NCBI GenBank assembly: GCA_015064635.1
Contig: SVRV01000008.1
Span: forward strand, 12,770 to 76,769
DNA length: 64,000 bases
Source: Oscillospiraceae bacterium
GTDB taxonomy: Bacteria; Bacillota; Clostridia; Oscillospirales; SIG627
Direction: 5' to 3'
Shown in pieces: positions 63,270 through 64,000 of the stretch. Every line of letters begins with the position of its first letter. Positions within the stretch are counted from its first letter, which is position 1. The notes under the pieces are model-generated. The model ran no database searches and was not told where the DNA came from. It saw nothing but the letters and a program-made list of their open reading frames with translations. The translations under genes were made by a program, and so were the position numbers.

Positions 63270-64000
63270 CTATCCCACACTTATGTCTTCGGTGGGATTT
63301 TTTATTATATTTGTGTTTGTGTTTTTTAATTTAAAGGCGACTGCCAGTGATATGGGACCTACACGGCCGAGATACATATTTGCGGTAATGATAAGCTTGC
63401 ACGCTGTGTTAAAGGTTGAGGTCAGATTTCTCGAAAGACCTACCGTTGCTGTTGCACTCACTGTTTCGTATATTATATCAAGAAATGAGCCGTTTGAATA
63501 TACAGACAGCAAAAGTGTTGACAGTGACATTATCGCAAAGGAAATACAAGTTACCGAAATTGCTTTTGTACACGTGATTTTCGGTATGTTTCTTCCAAAG
63601 AGTGTTACCTCATCACGGTTTTTGATTGAAGAGATGACAGTTGCGAAAAGCACGGCAAGGGTAACTGTTTTGATACCTCCCGCAGTACCCACGGGTGAGC
63701 CGCCTATAAACATCAAGAAAAGACATACAATAGCCGAAGAATCTGTTAAATATTCTTGAGGAATTGCGGCAAATCCTGCCGTTCTCGTGGTGACCGATTG
63801 GAAAAATGACATCATCAGCTTTTCGGGAGTCGTACAAGTTCCCATTGTCAGGGGATTGTCCTTTTCAAAAAGGAAAATCATGGCAGTGCCTGAAAAGAGC
63901 AAAATAAATGTAACCGAAAGCGCAATTTTTGAATGAAGGGTGAGTCCTTTGAACGCTTTGATACCCTGTTTTTTTATATTCCTTGTAACCCTTATAATAT
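63270..64000 (-). CDS. trkH: TrkH/KtrB-family potassium transporter, C-terminal part (5' end beyond window)
   Basis: The frame stays open to the window edge beyond the ORF-track TTG at 63902. GGSPVGTAGGIKT is a Trk/Ktr selectivity-filter-like motif. Confidence 0.85.
   Translation of the reverse strand, partial: IIRVTRNIKKQGIKAFKGLTLHSKIALSVTFILLFSGTAMIFLFEKDNPLTMGTCTTPEKLMMSFFQSVTTRTAGFAAIPQEYLTDSSAIVCLFLMFIGGSPVGTAGGIKTVTLAVLFATVISSIKNRDEVTLFGRNIPKITCTKAISVTCISFAIMSLSTLLLSVYSNGSFLDIIYETVSATATVGLSRNLTSTFNTACKLIITANMYLGRVGPISLAVAFKLKNTNTNIIKNPTEDISVG

Noticed and set aside
1-64000. Search for rRNA, tRNA, tmRNA, CRISPR arrays, transposases, integrases, reverse transcriptases and phage or defence-system genes.
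   Set aside because: I recognised none in any ORF translation or intergenic region. The absence of small structured RNAs is judged by eye only and should be confirmed with tRNAscan-SE and Infernal.

Overview
This 64-kb window looks like a chromosomal segment of a low-GC Gram-positive, Clostridia-like bacterium. That call is inferred from AGGAGG-type ribosome-binding sites, lipobox lipoproteins and gene content. I support about 60 protein-coding genes. I found no rRNA, tRNA, CRISPR array, transposase, integrase or phage genes. Layout: (1) 285-15310 is all on the minus strand and is housekeeping: tsf-rpsB, leuS plus a coupled unknown ORF, rsfS, an LCP-family protein with a (GEPIE)n tail, a nadD-yqeK fusion, yhbY, rdgB, ftsY and smc. 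(2) 15494-38257 is all on the plus strand. It holds a radical SAM gene, a trmH-like gene, dprA, topA, trmFO, plsX, rnc, a secreted protein, a blaI/blaR1-like pair, a tartrate/isopropylmalate-dehydrogenase homologue, two beta-helix proteins, an M16 peptidase pair, lgt, folD, a membrane protein, pdxK, a flavin-reductase-like gene and a ThuA-like gene. (3) 38453-45468 (minus) holds a HAD hydrolase and four tandem paralogous ~495-aa lipoproteins. (4) 45756-59007 is mixed accessory and sugar-related: a CN-hydrolase/GDPD fusion, galM, a rSAM/SPASM gene, an AraC regulator with a melibiase-like glycosidase, and a LysR regulator with a 1895-aa secreted protein. (5) 59052-64000 (minus) holds a C26 amidotransferase, hflC, hflK, sfsA, gtrA, trkA and a partial trkH. 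The most unusual signals are non-coding or below the ORF-track cutoff. First, 27403-27931 is a complete-looking type I toxin-antitoxin-like island: a 31-aa hydrophobic peptide, a convergent antisense promoter, a bidirectional terminator and exact 5'/3' complementary boxes. Second, the 700-bp rsfS-leuS spacer (5433-6131) is highly structured: a 43-bp perfect direct repeat, a chain of six unrelated perfect hairpins joined by an invariant ATTTCAC heptamer, a 12-copy TGCATCG microsatellite, and no T-box that I can recognise. Third, the four-gene lipoprotein array has mosaic similarity, and each copy is preceded by the same AAATGCACAAAA...TTTTGTGCATTT inverted repeat. All family assignments come from motif recognition by eye. 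No database search or alignment statistics were run.
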